Below, one piece after another: positions 25,446-38,779 of a DNA stretch of 64,000 bases (positions are counted from its first letter, which is position 1; each line of letters begins with the position of its first letter). Source of the DNA: Lama glama (taxonomy: Eukaryota); the NCBI GenBank assembly GCA_028534125.1, contig CM052832.1:24616001-24680000 (forward strand), read 5' to 3'. The notes under the pieces were generated by a model that was given only the letters and a program-made list of their open reading frames with translations, made no database searches and was not told the origin of the DNA. A program made the position numbers and the translations under genes.

Positions 25446-25757
25446 CAGTCAACCCTCCACATCTGTGGGTTCTGTATCTGCGGATTCAGCCAACCACAGA
25501 TTGAAAATATTTATGGGAAAAAATTCTAGAATGTCCCAAAAAGCAAAATTTGCATTTCCCACACACTAGGCAACTATTTATGTAGCATTTACATTGTATT
25601 ACAAGTAATGTGGAGATGATTTAATGTACACAGGAGGATTTGCATAGGTTATATTCAAATACTATGCCATTTTATATCATGGACTTGAGCATCCTTGAAT
25701 TTTGGTATCCATAAGTAGTCCTGGAACTGACCTCCTGTGGATACTGAGGCACAATCA
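25446..25757. mobile_element. MER2/Tigger3-like DNA transposon MITE with TA target duplications
   Basis: ta|cagtcaaccctcc...ggacttgagcatcc...ggatactgaggcacaatca|ta. Confidence 0.8.
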
Positions 25758-25759
25758 TA

Positions 25760-26780
25760 TTATTTTAATTTACTCACATATCTATCATTTTCTTTGCTCT
25801 TCATTCCTCCCTGCATCTACAAACTTCCATCTAGGTTCATTTCCCCCTACCCAAAGAACACTCTTAAGGACTTTCTTTAGTGCAGATCTGTTTATGGTGA
25901 ATTCTTCCAATTACTACTTGTCTGAAAAATGTCTTTACTTGGCCTTCATTCTTGAAGGGTCTCTTTGCTCGATGGAGAGTTCCTGGTTGGCAATTCTTTT
26001 TCTTCAGCACTTTAAAGATATTCCATTGTCTTCTAGATTCCTTTTTTTTTTTTTTAATTCTGAAGTCAGCTATGAGTTTAATCGTTGCTTATTTGGAGGT
26101 AATGTAGACTCTGTTCGGAGACAGGTTTTTTCCCCGTCTCTGATTTACAGCAGTTAATTCTCACCTCAGCAGGTCATAGTTTTCTTATTTTTCCTGCTTA
26201 GGGGTCAGGCCTTCTTGAACCTGTGGCTTATTGTCTCCTATCAGTACTGGAAAATCCTTAGCCATTATCCTCTCAAGAATTACTTCCGTCCTATGATCTC
26301 TCTTTCCTCCTTGTTCTGATCATGTGTCTATTAGATCTTCTCAATGAGTCTTCCGTTTCTCTTGCCCTCTCCTCTGTATATTAGCTATCCTTCTGTCTCT
26401 GCATTTGTTTCTTCTAAATCTAATTAAAGAATCCAGTTCACCGACTCTCTTCAACCATATTTATTCTGTTGGAAAAATCCATTGCGTTCTTGAGCTTAGT
26501 GGATGTATTTTATTTTTAATTCTAGGATTTCCCTGGGTCTTTTAAAAATAGATTCTAGTTCTCTATCAAAATCCTCAAGTTTGTCTTTCATCTCCTTAAA
26601 TACTGTAAACTTAGTCATTTCAGAGTTTATATCTGATGACTCTGTATCAGAAGCTTTTGTGGGTCTGTTTATATTATCTGTTGTTCCTGCTGATTTTTAT
26701 TCATCTCCTCAGGTCTGTTCATGGGCCTTCTCCCCCTTTTTCAACTGAATATCTTTTATTTGAAAAATTATGGAAATAAC
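25760..26780 (-). mobile_element. Ancient L1M/HAL1-like LINE fragment
   Basis: T-rich strand with tctgaaaaatgtcttta...ttcattcttgaagg...ttcagcactttaaagatattcca motifs. Confidence 0.6.
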
Positions 26781-28288
26781 TCAAGACCTTAATCCAATTT
26801 TAGGGACTGAAATGATGAAACTCTGAGCTTCAGACATTGAGAGGGCCCATCTGTTTCTGCTTCATCTCACTTCTAGAGTTCAGTGCTTTGGGGGTCACAG
26901 CCCAAAAGTTCACCAGAGAGCACCCTCCTGTGGTGTACCCTGAACTCCATTCCCCGCCCCCTGAAACCCACCCCCTGTGCTCTCGGGCTTACCCAAAGCC
27001 CCCTTGGTTTCATAACTGCCCCACTTTGGAATATACAGATACCCTTGGGGGAAACAGCTCAAGTGCATTTCAGCCTGATTTAATGGCAGTAGTAAGATTT
27101 TCACTGGCCAGTGTGCAAATCCCTACACATACCACCTTCTTGCCTTTGTTCTAGATCGCTGCTTCCCTGAGATTCTTTCCCTTGTGACCATTCCTCGATT
27201 CTAGTTCCATTATTTTTACAAACTCAGCACGGTGTATCCTCATCCAGAAAGACTTCCTTGCTCACCTCTCCAATGCCTTTCCTCTGCTCTCCAACTGAGT
27301 ACTGTGCAAGGTGTGACAGCCTCACTCTGTGACCACGCTTACCACACTGATGGCAGTTACTGTCCGTGTGCCTCTTTTTCCCATTGGATAGTGAACTCCC
27401 TGGGGACCAGGACTGTTTTCCATTTATTTCCTTATCACAGTGCATGGCATGTGGTAGCATGGAGAAAAGGGCAGCTGTTGAAGGGAGAGTCCCTCATTTT
27501 TGATACTTGTTTTTCAAACAAATGAAGAGACTGATAGGAGTCCCTGGGGCTTGACCATGTAGATGGGCCAAGCCCTTGAGCTGAATCTGTTTAACCCTCT
27601 TCCCAGTGCTGTCCTCCCCTCAAACCCCTCCAAATCCTGCCCGTCGTTTGGGGTCCTGGGAAAGCCCTCGCTGCTTTCTCCAGCCCTCACTGATTCTGCT
27701 CCCCCTAAATTCCTAGAGTCCACATTCATTTGTCCCATAAATGTTCGGTTTCAACCACGTGCCAGGTACTCTTTTGGGGACAAGGGACACAATGATAAGC
27801 CCGCAAGTGCCTGCCTTGTGGAGGTTAAATACAGCCTAACTCTGACCCATATTTAGCCTTGTCATATAGGAGAATAGCATCTATCCAGTGAGCTAATAAA
27901 GCACAAGATCACACCTCGGGCTTGGGTCGCATGCAGTGCGCAGCCCGGTGCTGAATGTTTAGCAGATGTTCCGTCATCCTTGGCGGTCAATTGACTTGTT
28001 TTAACGGAGACCAGCTAGAGAGCTGATACTTGGTAAAACTGTATTTTGAATACCGAACGGACTTTTCCTGGCTTCTGCCCCACATCTGTAAGCGGCACGT
28101 GCAGTACAGCAGGTACAGGTACATTCAGAGCCTCATTTGCGTGTGTTGGTGGAGGAGGTTCGTGGAACTAAGTCTTACTTTCTTCCATTCAGCTTCTATG
28201 CGTACGTGTGTGTATAAAATAAAGAGAGTAAAATGTCTTCATTTCTTTCCTTCCTTTTCCCCGTCCCTGTCTCTCGCTGTTTCCGCAG

Positions 28289-28819
28289 GTCAGCGTGGAA
28301 GTTTTGGTAGAGTACCCTTTTTTTGTGTTTGGACAGGGCTGGTCATCTTGTTGCCCGGAGAGAACCAGCCAGCTCTTTGACCTGCCGTGTTCCAAACTCT
28401 CCGTTGGGGATGTCTGCATCTCGCTCACCCTCAAAAACCTGAAGAACGGCTCTGTTAAAAAGGGCCAGCCCGTGGATCCTGCCAGCGTCCTGCTGAAGCA
28501 CTCAAAGACCGACGGCCTTGCGGGCGGTAGACACAGGTATGCCCAGCAGGAAAACGGGATCAATCAGGGAAGTGCCCAGATGCTCTCCGAGAACGGCGAA
28601 CTGAAGTTTCCAGAAAAAGTAGGATTGCCGGCCGCGCCCTTGCTCACCAAAACAGAACCCAGCAAGCCCACGGCCACGAGGAAGAGGAGGTGGTCGGCGC
28701 CGGAGACGCGCAAACTGGAGAAGTCGGAAGACGAGCCCCCTTTGACTCTTCCTAAGCCTTCTCTCATTTCTCAGGAGGTTAAGATTTGCATTGAAGGCCG
28801 CTCTAACGTAGGCAAGTAG
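28289..28819 (+). CDS. ATXN1: Ataxin-1, last coding exon (176 aa + stop): C-terminal AXH half, NLS and RKRRWSAP phospho-motif
   Basis: Acceptor ctctcgctgtttccgcag then VSVEVLVEYPFFVFGQGWSSCCPERT...RKRRWSAPE...EGRSNVGK*. In frame with the upstream exon; the Ser codon of RKRRWSAP is at 28694-28696. Confidence 0.98.
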   Translation, partial: VSVEVLVEYPFFVFGQGWSSCCPERTSQLFDLPCSKLSVGDVCISLTLKNLKNGSVKKGQPVDPASVLLKHSKTDGLAGGRHRYAQQENGINQGSAQMLSENGELKFPEKVGLPAAPLLTKTEPSKPTATRKRRWSAPETRKLEKSEDEPPLTLPKPSLISQEVKICIEGRSNVGK

Positions 28820-31800
28820 AGGCAGCGAGAGGAAAGGAAGTCCGGCCCTCCTTTGCCGTTTGTATCCAGATTACTGTACTGTAGGCTAAATAACACAGTA
28901 TTTACATGTTATTCTCTTACTTTAGGTTTCTGTTATAACCTTGTCCTTAGAGTTACAGCGGGTGTCGGGCAGGAGACTGGTGCATATGCTTTTTCCACGC
29001 GTGCGGGGGGCCGGGGTGGCCCCAGTCCAGGCTCGGGGCGGGCATCCTGGTGGAAACGAATGTGGCTTCACGGCGCCTGCCTTTTCCAGCCGCACGGATG
29101 CACCCACTGGGCGCCGACTTCTGCGGGTTTGGGGAGGACATTCTGCGGGAAGGGAGCTGCGGGGGAGTGCGTGCGTGTGTGCGTCTGGGGGTGCGCGGGT
29201 GCCACGGCGAGTGAGGGTCTCTTTCTCTCCGCCTCGTCCTGTCTCCCTCTCTCTTGCTCTCAGCATGGGGTCGGAGGTCCAGAGGAATGTCCTCGGGAGG
29301 TTCTCCCATGCAAAACCAATGTCAGGAACCCAGCTGCATTCAGGGCAGCGTAGAGAGGGATCAGACAGCAGGTGGAAAGCTAACCGTGTGAAAGAACATT
29401 CTTTTTCCTCCAACATATTTTACAATAAAAGCAACTTTTAATCATAGAGATATATATTTCCCCCATGGGGCCTGACTGCACTGATATTTTTTTAAGGAGC
29501 AGCTGCCACCCGTGGGATTTCGTTTCTGTTATACTAGTGCAGTGATGTGGGCAGGGCGTCGTGGTGGGCAGGGCAGCCCCTGCTGGCATCGCTCCACGTG
29601 GTGGGCGGCGGGGGTGGGGGAGAGTGAACACCCACTGTGGTTTCTGTGCAGTGTTAGGAAAACCAATCAGGTTAATTGCATTGACTTTGCTCCCAAGAGA
29701 TAGATGAAAACTACCCTTCGAGAGAGCCACGGAAGCTCTTCTCGTTGGGTTTGCAAATCTTTTGTCTTTTAACTCTAGTACTGTTTATAGTTCATGACTA
29801 TGGACAACTCGGGTGCCACTTTTTTCAGATTCCAGTGTGATGTGAGGAATTAGATTTTGAAGATGAGCATCTATATTACTATCTCTAAGCACTTAAAAAT
29901 GCTGTTCACACTTTATTACCAAGCATCTTGGTCTATCATTCAACAAGTACTGTATCTCACTTTAAACTCTTTGGGAAGAAAGACAAAAAAGAAAAAAAAA
30001 ACAAGTTGCTTTCTTTTTTTTTTTTTTTTTTTTTTCAACACTGTAACTACATTTCAGCTCTGCAGAGTTTCTCACGGAGCAAGATATTGAAAGTTTCAAT
30101 GTGGTTTAAAGGGATGAATGTGAATTATGAGTATGTGACAATGAATGACCACCAAGAACAGCCTGACGGGAGGCACTCTTCACTTTGATGTTCGAGAAAG
30201 AATTAAAAGCATATGCAGAGCTGGCAGAGAAACTGAGAGAAAAGGGATGGAAAAAAGAATACTCACTTTTGTCCAGTGTTTTTCTTTTTAAGATGAACTT
30301 TTAAAGAACCTTGCAATTTGCACATCTTGAGTTTATAATTTGTGTGATATTCCTGCAGTTTTTATCCAATAACATTGTGGGAAAGGTTTGGGGGACTGAA
30401 CGAGCATAAATAAATGTAGCAAAATTACTTTCTAACCTGCCTAAACTCTAGGCCATTTTATAAGGTTATGTTCCTTTCAAAATTCATTTTGGTCTTTCTG
30501 CCGCATCTGTCACATGAAACCAGGTCTTAGCAGGACAACTCTGAGAATTTTCTTCAGATTCATTGAGAGAGTTTTCCATAAAGACATATCTGTGAGCAAG
30601 TTTTTTTTTTTTAAGGAAACAATTACTTTATTGTTATTAATGTTATTTTCAGAATGACTTTTTTTTTTTTCCATCTGAAATCAAATCAAGATTTCATGTT
30701 TGGTACAAACCCAGAAAGGGTATTTTACAGTTTAAAATCTTTTATTGCCAGAGTTCTGCACTATTATTTGTGGGGTTTGAGTGTGCATCTTAAAAGCGCT
30801 TTAAAAAAAAAAGTTTTATAAGGAAGGAGACCTTTTTAAATATTCTTACTTGGAATGGCTACAACTAATCTGAACAAATACCTGATTTTTCTTTTAGCAT
30901 TGGAAATAGTACTCTTTCCACTTCACAAGTTAAAAAAAAATTGTAATATCAACACCCATTTGGGCTGTCTAGTATTCCTCCACATTTAGCTCTGACCAGA
31001 ACTAATGATTTTTATAAACCATTTTCTGGGGTGTACCAAAAACATTTGCATAGGTTTAGAACAGCCAGAACTGGTCCTGGACTTTCTTCGAATTTCCTCA
31101 CCCTCTCAGCGTGCTAGCAGGGAGCTGGGTGGACCCATTCTTGCAGTCATACTGCTTATAGTGCTGTATCTTTTTTTCTTTTCTTTTTTTTAAACATTTC
31201 TGTTCAGAGAACTTGCTTAATCTTCCATATATTCTGCTCAGGGCACTTGCAATTACTAGGTTCTGTTTTTCTTTCTGTTTTGATGGTAAGAGGAAGACGG
31301 GGCTGCCACAGAGACTCTGTCCTCATTAGTGCCACTGATGACAGCAACTCATGTGGACTCAGAGAAACACCCACCACCTTTTGGCTTCTTTCGAGTAGTG
31401 AACTGACTGGATCACAACATCAACACTAAAATGGGGAAACATACGTGGTTTGGAGCAATAGGAACATCATCATCACTTGTGTGCTTCTGTTTTCAGGTAT
31501 AGGAATTATCAACTAATCGGTTCTTTCTACACCTTATTCCAGCTCCCATTTGCTTCTTTAGCATGTGCAATACTTCCTGTGCCAGTAGTCTGATCGGTGT
31601 GCTCTAGAGAAAGCTCAGACCCCTTGGGCTTTTTCCTTCTTCCGTCCATCTTTCCTGTCCTGGCCAGAGAAGGGCTGGAAGGAAGGAGCCAGGAAGGGGA
31701 GAGCTGCCCGCTGTGAGTTCCCCCTGCTGCGGATGCCAAGTCCTGGGGCAGGGAGTTTTCGGGAGCCCTGGGTGTCTTGTCTGTCGCCTGGTTGGAGAAA

Positions 31801-34462
31801 GAGCCAGTGAAAGGGATGTGGGGGAAGGACTTCTCTTCGCCTGTCACCACGAGGAATGGTGACCGTGCGGTGTGGAGAGGAAGGAGGCGGAGTCATTTCT
31901 AAGGCACCCTCTGGAGCAATAGAGCCAGGATCAACCCTTTCCACGGTCCTTTCCGCCAGTGGGCAGGCCCTTCCTCAGGTCTGTGTCCTTGAGACTTGGA
32001 GCCTCTGAGCGTGGGCAGGAAGCGTGGTGGCCTGTGGTGTGCGTGACCTGAGCATCCGTTCACTGGTTGTGGAGGGGGCCACCTGTGAACACTGGTCACT
32101 ACTCCTTTGTGGTAGCTTTCTCTTCAAATAGGAAGGACATCCAGAGGACAGGGGCCCTCCTCTTGTTTGCAGACGTTGGCGAGCCCCGAGGCTCCCAGGG
32201 CAGCCTTGGTCACCGCTCCTGCATAGCAGACCTAATCATGACAGGCAGAGAAATTCTTCGGTGCCGTGCAGCTTACGAGGATCAGCCATGTGCCTCTGTA
32301 CTAATGTCCACTTTGCAATATTTACCGAACCTGTCTTTTGTTCTTTCTTTCCTGTTTCCCATTTTTCAACTAATAACAGCAGGCCTTTTGCGTTTACAGT
32401 GGAACACAATCACCAAGAAATTAGTCAGGGCGAACAGAAGAAAAAAAAAAACAATAATGAACCAACAAACAAGAACCTCTCTTTATAGGGATTTCTAAAT
32501 ATATACAATGACTGTTCCTTAGAATGTTTAAGAATTCTTTCGGTTTGTCTGGGCCACATTGGGGGCGGGGGGGGATACAGAGATGGATGCCACTTACCTC
32601 AAATCTTTTCAAGTGGAAATCCGAAACTGCATTTGCATTTGGATGTTCAGGATCATTTTTCTATGTCAGTCAATTTTTTGTTTTCTCCAACTGACCCAGT
32701 TTGGTTTCGGATGATTTGGTTTTTCCTTTTCCTTTCCGTGGCCGTCGTCAATCCCATTTCTAACTCTGAACCGTGACCCTGTGTGTTTTCTGTTAGGTGA
32801 GTGTGTTGGGTTCTCTCCCCCACCGGGAAGTGGCAGCACCCCTCCTTCTCCCCTCTAAGGAACTCTGCGGAAACTTCCACACCTCTAACTCAGGGACGGG
32901 GCTGGCGTGTGTGTGGTACACTGACGTGTCCGGAAGCAGCACTTTGACTGTTCTGGAGTAGGGTTGTACAACTTTAAGGAATGTTTGGATTTCCTGCATC
33001 TTGTGGATTCCTCCTTAGATACTGCATAGATTGCAATATAATGCTGCATGTTCAAGATGAACAGTAGCTCCTAGTAATCCTAAAATCCACTCTTTGCACA
33101 GTTTGATCTTTACTGAAATACGTTGCCAAAATTTATTTTTGTTGTGGTGTAGCTTTGGAATTTTTTGTTTGTTTCTTTAAGGAAACAACTGACAAGACCC
33201 TTTACCACCTGTGACTACTAAGGAAACCTATTTCTTTAATAGAAAATAAAAATCTCAAATGCTTTTGAAGACACTAATGCCATGCTATTTCAGATCTGGG
33301 TGAAGCGGCAGAGCTGTGGGGCTGGAAGGCCAGGCTTTTTGAGCTGTGTTGGTTGTCATGGCTACGGTTTCAGGAACAGCAAGCAGTTCAACAAACCATG
33401 GTCTGTTTTCTCCTCAAACCCTTTGCACTTCCTGTCTCCTAGTCACCCGGGACGATCCCAGGTGAAAGAAGGGCCAGCATCTCTGGGGCTCCATCCAGCT
33501 TACTTGGTGATGACAAAGCAAAGGGAATTACGCTTTTTGGTTTTTCAAGTGGAATGGAGGTCTTCGCTTTCCACCTTTGTTTTCAACCCAGAATTTCTGA
33601 AATAGAGACTTTTAAGAACACCTCCAGTAATAACTATACAGAGAATATACTTTTTTTTCTATAAAGCACATGCATACGCCATCGTGTTGGGTTGGTTTCC
33701 TCTCTTTTCCACAGTGTTGTGTTTCTGTTGCTAGGGGAACTCCAAACTGTTTGCACACCTCTACTCCGGAGCTGACGCTTCTTTTACATAGATGACCTCG
33801 CTTCAAAATATGTTACCTTACCGGTAGGATCTTTTCTTGTAGCACTATACCTTGTGGGAATTTTTTCCTTTTTAATGTACACCTAATTTGAGACGCTGAA
33901 GAAAAAAAAAACTTTGAAGCACTCACTTTGAGGAGTACAGGTAATGTTTTTAAAAATTGCACAAGAGAAAAATGAATGTCGAAATGATTCATTCAGTGTT
34001 TGAGAGAGATGGATCTGTTGAAACAATTGCGTTTCATACCTTGTTTGTAAAAACAAAGAAGCATAAAGGTTGAAAGTTACATGTTTTTTTTTTTTTGTAT
34101 ATAGAAATGTGTCATGTCTAAATGATCAGATTTGTATGGTATGGCCTGGAAGAATTACTACGTAAAAGGCTCTTCAACTACACCTATGCTTCCTCTATGT
34201 TTTTGTTACACAGACCCCACCCCTCTTCGGAGGGAGAGCAACTCTGTATTCTGCAATTTGAGAATACTCTTCATTCCTGTGCTGAAAGTACTTCTCCGAG
34301 CTCCCGTCTTAGTTGAAACTCTTAAGCCATTGCAACTCCTTTTTCTTCAGAGATGATGTTTGACATTTTCAGCACTTCCTGTTCCAATAAACCCAAAGAA
34401 TATAATTCTGAACAAGAAGTGTTTATAGCAAGGGATCCTAGCTACCAGGACTGATCACGAGG

Positions 34463-34488
34463 ACACACACACACACACACACACACAC
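34463..34488. repeat. (AC)n microsatellite in the ATXN1 3'UTR
   Basis: Direct reading. Confidence 0.95.
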
Positions 34489-35913
34489 CAATGTTCAGCC
34501 CTCTCTCCCCCGCCCCCCACACCTCATTTCAATGGGGGGGGTAAAACATGAATTTCAATTGAAACGCCTCGTTTTACTTTGGTTTTATTTGGATTTTTCT
34601 TTAAGAGGCCAAAATAAATGTGGAGCAACTTCTCAGAAGAGTCCTATACTGTCCAAAAAAATCAAGCCAGCCAGCAAACACTGGACAGCTGTGGGGATAT
34701 TGAGCAAATCCCCCACCAATCCTTAAATTCAGAATCTCAGCCCCTCTTTTACCGTTAAATGTGATGTTTCTGGTAGCTGACTTCACCTGTAACTCTGGCG
34801 GGCGGGAGGGAACAGCGGCTTCAGGTTTTCATAGCCTCATGATTTGTGTACAAATGGTTCAGCTGTATTAAAATTAAGTGCATTTGGCCAATAGGTAGTA
34901 TCTCTACAGTAACAATCTCGAAGAATTTCCATAACTTTTCTTATCTGAAAGGACTCCAGTCTTCCACTGCAGATCATTGGAGACTTCACCCAAGTTTTCT
35001 TTCCCTTTAGTTTGTTCGTTTGCTGTCTGGATGGCCGATGAGCCTGTCTCCTTTTCCATGGCCAGTCTGAAGGCCCCCTTTGGAAGCGCTGTTTACAGTA
35101 ATCCTTGCCGAGGTAACACACTGTCCTCCGGAATCACAAGTCTGAGCGGTTACCAAGCTGGGTATGTAGGTTTCCTCTGGTTCGTACACGAACCACTTAC
35201 TCTTAAATGATCTGGTCCAGGAGGGGGGTGACTTCTTTTGTTAGTGAACCTTAAACTTGGTACCTGTGCATTTGGTTCTGTGAATACTGCCCTTTTGGCC
35301 TTGGGGGGAGGTTTCTCCCTCCTCAACCTTCACTGCTCCCTGTAAACCCAAATTAGTGTCAGCTGAAAGGTTTCAGTAGCGCCCTGCCAGTATTCGTGGT
35401 GGTCCTTAAGACAGAATCCAAATTTCTAGCCCGTGGGGTCCTGGTCCCAGAGCCATCTCTGAGATTGGCACCCTTGTGTTTTAAGTAAAGTATCAGATCA
35501 TTACCCACCAAACTTCCAACTGTAGGCCTCCCACCGGCCAAGGGAAAAGAGACACCAGAACTTTGAGGGCACTATCAGACTGACATGGCCAGTACAGAGG
35601 AGAACTAGGGAAGGAATGATGTTTTGCACCTTACTGAAAAGAAAATTTTAAGTGCATACATAGTTAAGAGCTTTTATTGTGACAGGAGAACTTTTTTCCA
35701 TATGCGTGCATATTCTCTGTAATTCCAGTGTAAAATATTGTACTTGCACTAGCTTTTTTAAAACAAATATTAAAAAATGGAAAATTCATATTCTATTTTC
35801 TAATCGTGGTGTGTCTATTTGTAGGATACACTCGAGTCTGTTTATTGAATTTTATGGTCCCTTTCTTTGATGGTGCTTGCAGGTTTTCTAGGTAGAAATT
35901 ATTTCATTATTAT

Positions 35914-36014
35914 AATAAAACAATGTTTGATTCAAAATTTGAACAAAATTGTTTTAAATAAATTGTCTGTATACCAGTACAAGTTTATTGTTTCAGTATA
36001 CTCGTACTAATAAA
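35914..36014 (+). terminator. ATXN1: Distal polyadenylation signal cluster of ATXN1
   Basis: AATAAA at 35914, 35957 and 36009, with TGTA elements nearby; composition shifts abruptly to GC-richer sequence after ~36035. Confidence 0.75.
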
Positions 36015-38779
36015 ATAACAGTGCCAACTGCAAATGTGTCCTCGCCTTGCGTCAGGTCCTGGGAGAAGGATGAGCCTGAAGACAGGGTGGTAATTCCTCC
36101 TCCTCACGTAGTCGGCTGTGATCACTGGGTAGGTTGTGGTGGGGGTGGGTGCCTCTCCTACTGATTTGAGGGGATGGGAGGGTTAGTCCTGCTTGAGACT
36201 CTGATAAAGGGTGTGTTTCACCGTCTGATGTCTTGGCTTGTTCTGTTCCTGTTTATTTCTCCTAGCTCAGCATGGCTGTTTCCAAGAGATGATTTTGTTC
36301 CTCAACAGTACTGGCAGCTTCGTGGACTCAGGTAGCATTATCAGTACATTTCTGTACAGTCTGGCTATACCCAGGTTAGTGGTCTGAAGGTGGAGAGTTC
36401 ACTTGTGCTTCCTGTAAATTTGTGCCAGTTTGAAACTCAGAGGTTTGCACTGTGCCTGCTCTTAGACGTGGCTTAGCAGTTGTCCCAGGAAGTAATGCCT
36501 CCAGGACCCAAGCAGGTGAACCCCTCTGCTCCCATCTGCATGCATGGCTATCAAACGTTTCTAGCGTTAAGGTTTGCAGAGGTGGACGAGAACTCTCAGC
36601 ATTAAATGTAGTTTTCACTTAGCCCAGGGACGGATGGGTAACCCCTTACTGTCGTCGTCTTTAGGTGTATGTTTGGGGACATCTCACAAGATGCTCCACT
36701 TAGGGCTTACGAGTTGAGATCCTGACGCCCTGTGACTGCTAGCGTGTGAGAGAATGCTAGTGCGTAAACCAGCAGTGATGAGCTGAGCCTCACAGCCCGG
36801 ACGAGACGGCTGCCCTAGCCCTCCTTGTCCTCCAGAGCCGTCTGGGCAGATGTGGGCACGTCTGGCGAAGCAGTCTGATCGCTGGCTTCCCTGCTGTTTT
36901 AATATTAGATGCTAATGGTCCTGACAAGTTTGGGGTCCGGTAGCTGTGCAACCTGCCTGAACCAGTCAGACTGGTCAGAGACAAGCCTTTGCTTCACACT
37001 GCAGCAGAGCTGACCCTGAAACCACTAAAACCACAGCAGGAGCCCATGGCAGGGCAGCCTGAGGTGAGTGGCATCCAGCCACTGGCTCTCCTCTCTACCC
37101 GCACCCACCCTGCACAAGACGCCCTGAAGTCAGCAGATCTGAGGGCCACTCCGGCACTGGCCCCCCACATCCACTGCTCCTGGAGACACAGATGGACCTT
37201 GCAAAGGGTGACGAGCCTTAGAGGTGGAAACCTCTGCTTCAAAATGATCCTGACGAGTTTTTGGCTTTTGCAATAACTAATGTTTTCACTTATGTAAAAA
37301 CTGGATGAGAGAGGGACCTGCCTTCCTCCAAGAGCGCATCGTCTGCTGTCTCTGCACCAGATGGACAAGCAGGCCTAGGCCACCGTGGAGAGGACTGCCC
37401 GCCGGGGTGCGGAACAAGGGCCTGATGCCAGGACAGGACACTGGTGACCCCAAGCTGAGACAGGAGTATGGAGGACGCTGTTCTAGGAGTTTCCTTACTA
37501 CTTGCTGCTGGCCCACTGGAAAGGATTTAAGACCTCCTCTCCTTCACTCCTGTGCCTTACTTTGCGATGAAGAATCTCAAAACAAACCAACTCAAGGGCT
37601 CAAGTACAAAACACATCTCCCACAGGGACAGCAGGGGGCTCATACCTCAGACAAGCGAACAGGAAAGGTGGGGTGCCTCCAGCAACATCACGCTCGATGC
37701 TCAACATCCATTCGACTCTCATCTCAAACATGAAGCCACATTCATGTTTCTACAAGACTTACTCTGAATGGATTTGGGGGAAAAAAGTATTACACTGGTG
37801 TTCAAGTTGCTGGATCTTTGAATGTACTCTTAGACTAAACGCGGACCTGTTAAGTTCCTGGAGTGTGACGCTTTGGTTGGATTCTTCGTGCGGCGGAGGT
37901 CACCGTGGACATGAGACAGTTACTCTGGCATCACACAGTGGGACCACGTGGCCCTTCACCACTCCAGGGCCATCACTTGTCTTCCCAAAGAAAGCTTATG
38001 CCTGTTTATCTGCTTCTCTAGCCTCCTTTAGAAGTAAATGAAGTGAAACACCCTGGCCGGCATGTACTTCCCAGTCCTGTTACTCGAATAATGCTTCAAA
38101 GTGGCCAGTCATCATTAACCCACCTGTGCTTACTGTTTAAACAAGGGTCACAGTAGGATTCCCACCAAGTCACAGGTCCTTTCTCCGAGAAAGTACCATT
38201 GTCACCAGTCAGGGAACTGACTGATAGATAGCAGTGCCCAGTGGTCCCTCCTGGGAAAGTGCTAACAGCCATGACAAGGGCACGGTTCTGCCTCGGATTT
38301 TAAACTAATGCCTTTTAGGAAGTCACGAGTCCAGGTTTTTGGCTGCTTTTCAGTGGGATTCCACCTGCCAACTTTTTGGTGGATCATTCAGTGACAGACC
38401 CCATGGAACTTCAAAATAATGTATCATCTCTTTAGGAGAGAGGCCAGCCTGACAAGCCGGGACTGAGGACGGAGAGGAAGAGATGGAGGAAAACATGAAA
38501 CGAAAACCCAGGACCAGGACAGCTTCCTCGAAGCAGCCCCAGACACAGCGCCAGAGGACCTGTTCCCAAAAGACACGTGTAAGGCAGGTGCTGGACACGT
38601 GTCACCACACCTTGGGGGGCATCCTCAGAAAACCAATTCAAGTTCACTTGTCCAGTCAATTGCTTTTGTTGTTTTCCAGCAACCAGACTCTGGAGGGAGG
38701 GGATACCGGTTACTCTGCCGTGGCCTCCCCCAGCCACCCTTACAACTGGGTTCCTGCAAATGCAAACTCCAGCACTCAA

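Larger units (their letters stand above)
28820..36033 (+). other. ATXN1: ATXN1 long 3'UTR (~7.2 kb)
   Basis: Follows the stop codon; many U-rich tracts, no obvious TEs, and a terminal cluster of AATAAA. The end position is estimated. Confidence 0.8.

Noticed and set aside
28853..29441. Several 118-166-aa ORFs at the start of the ATXN1 3'UTR
   Set aside because: GC-rich low-complexity patch open in many frames on both strands; no coding signature
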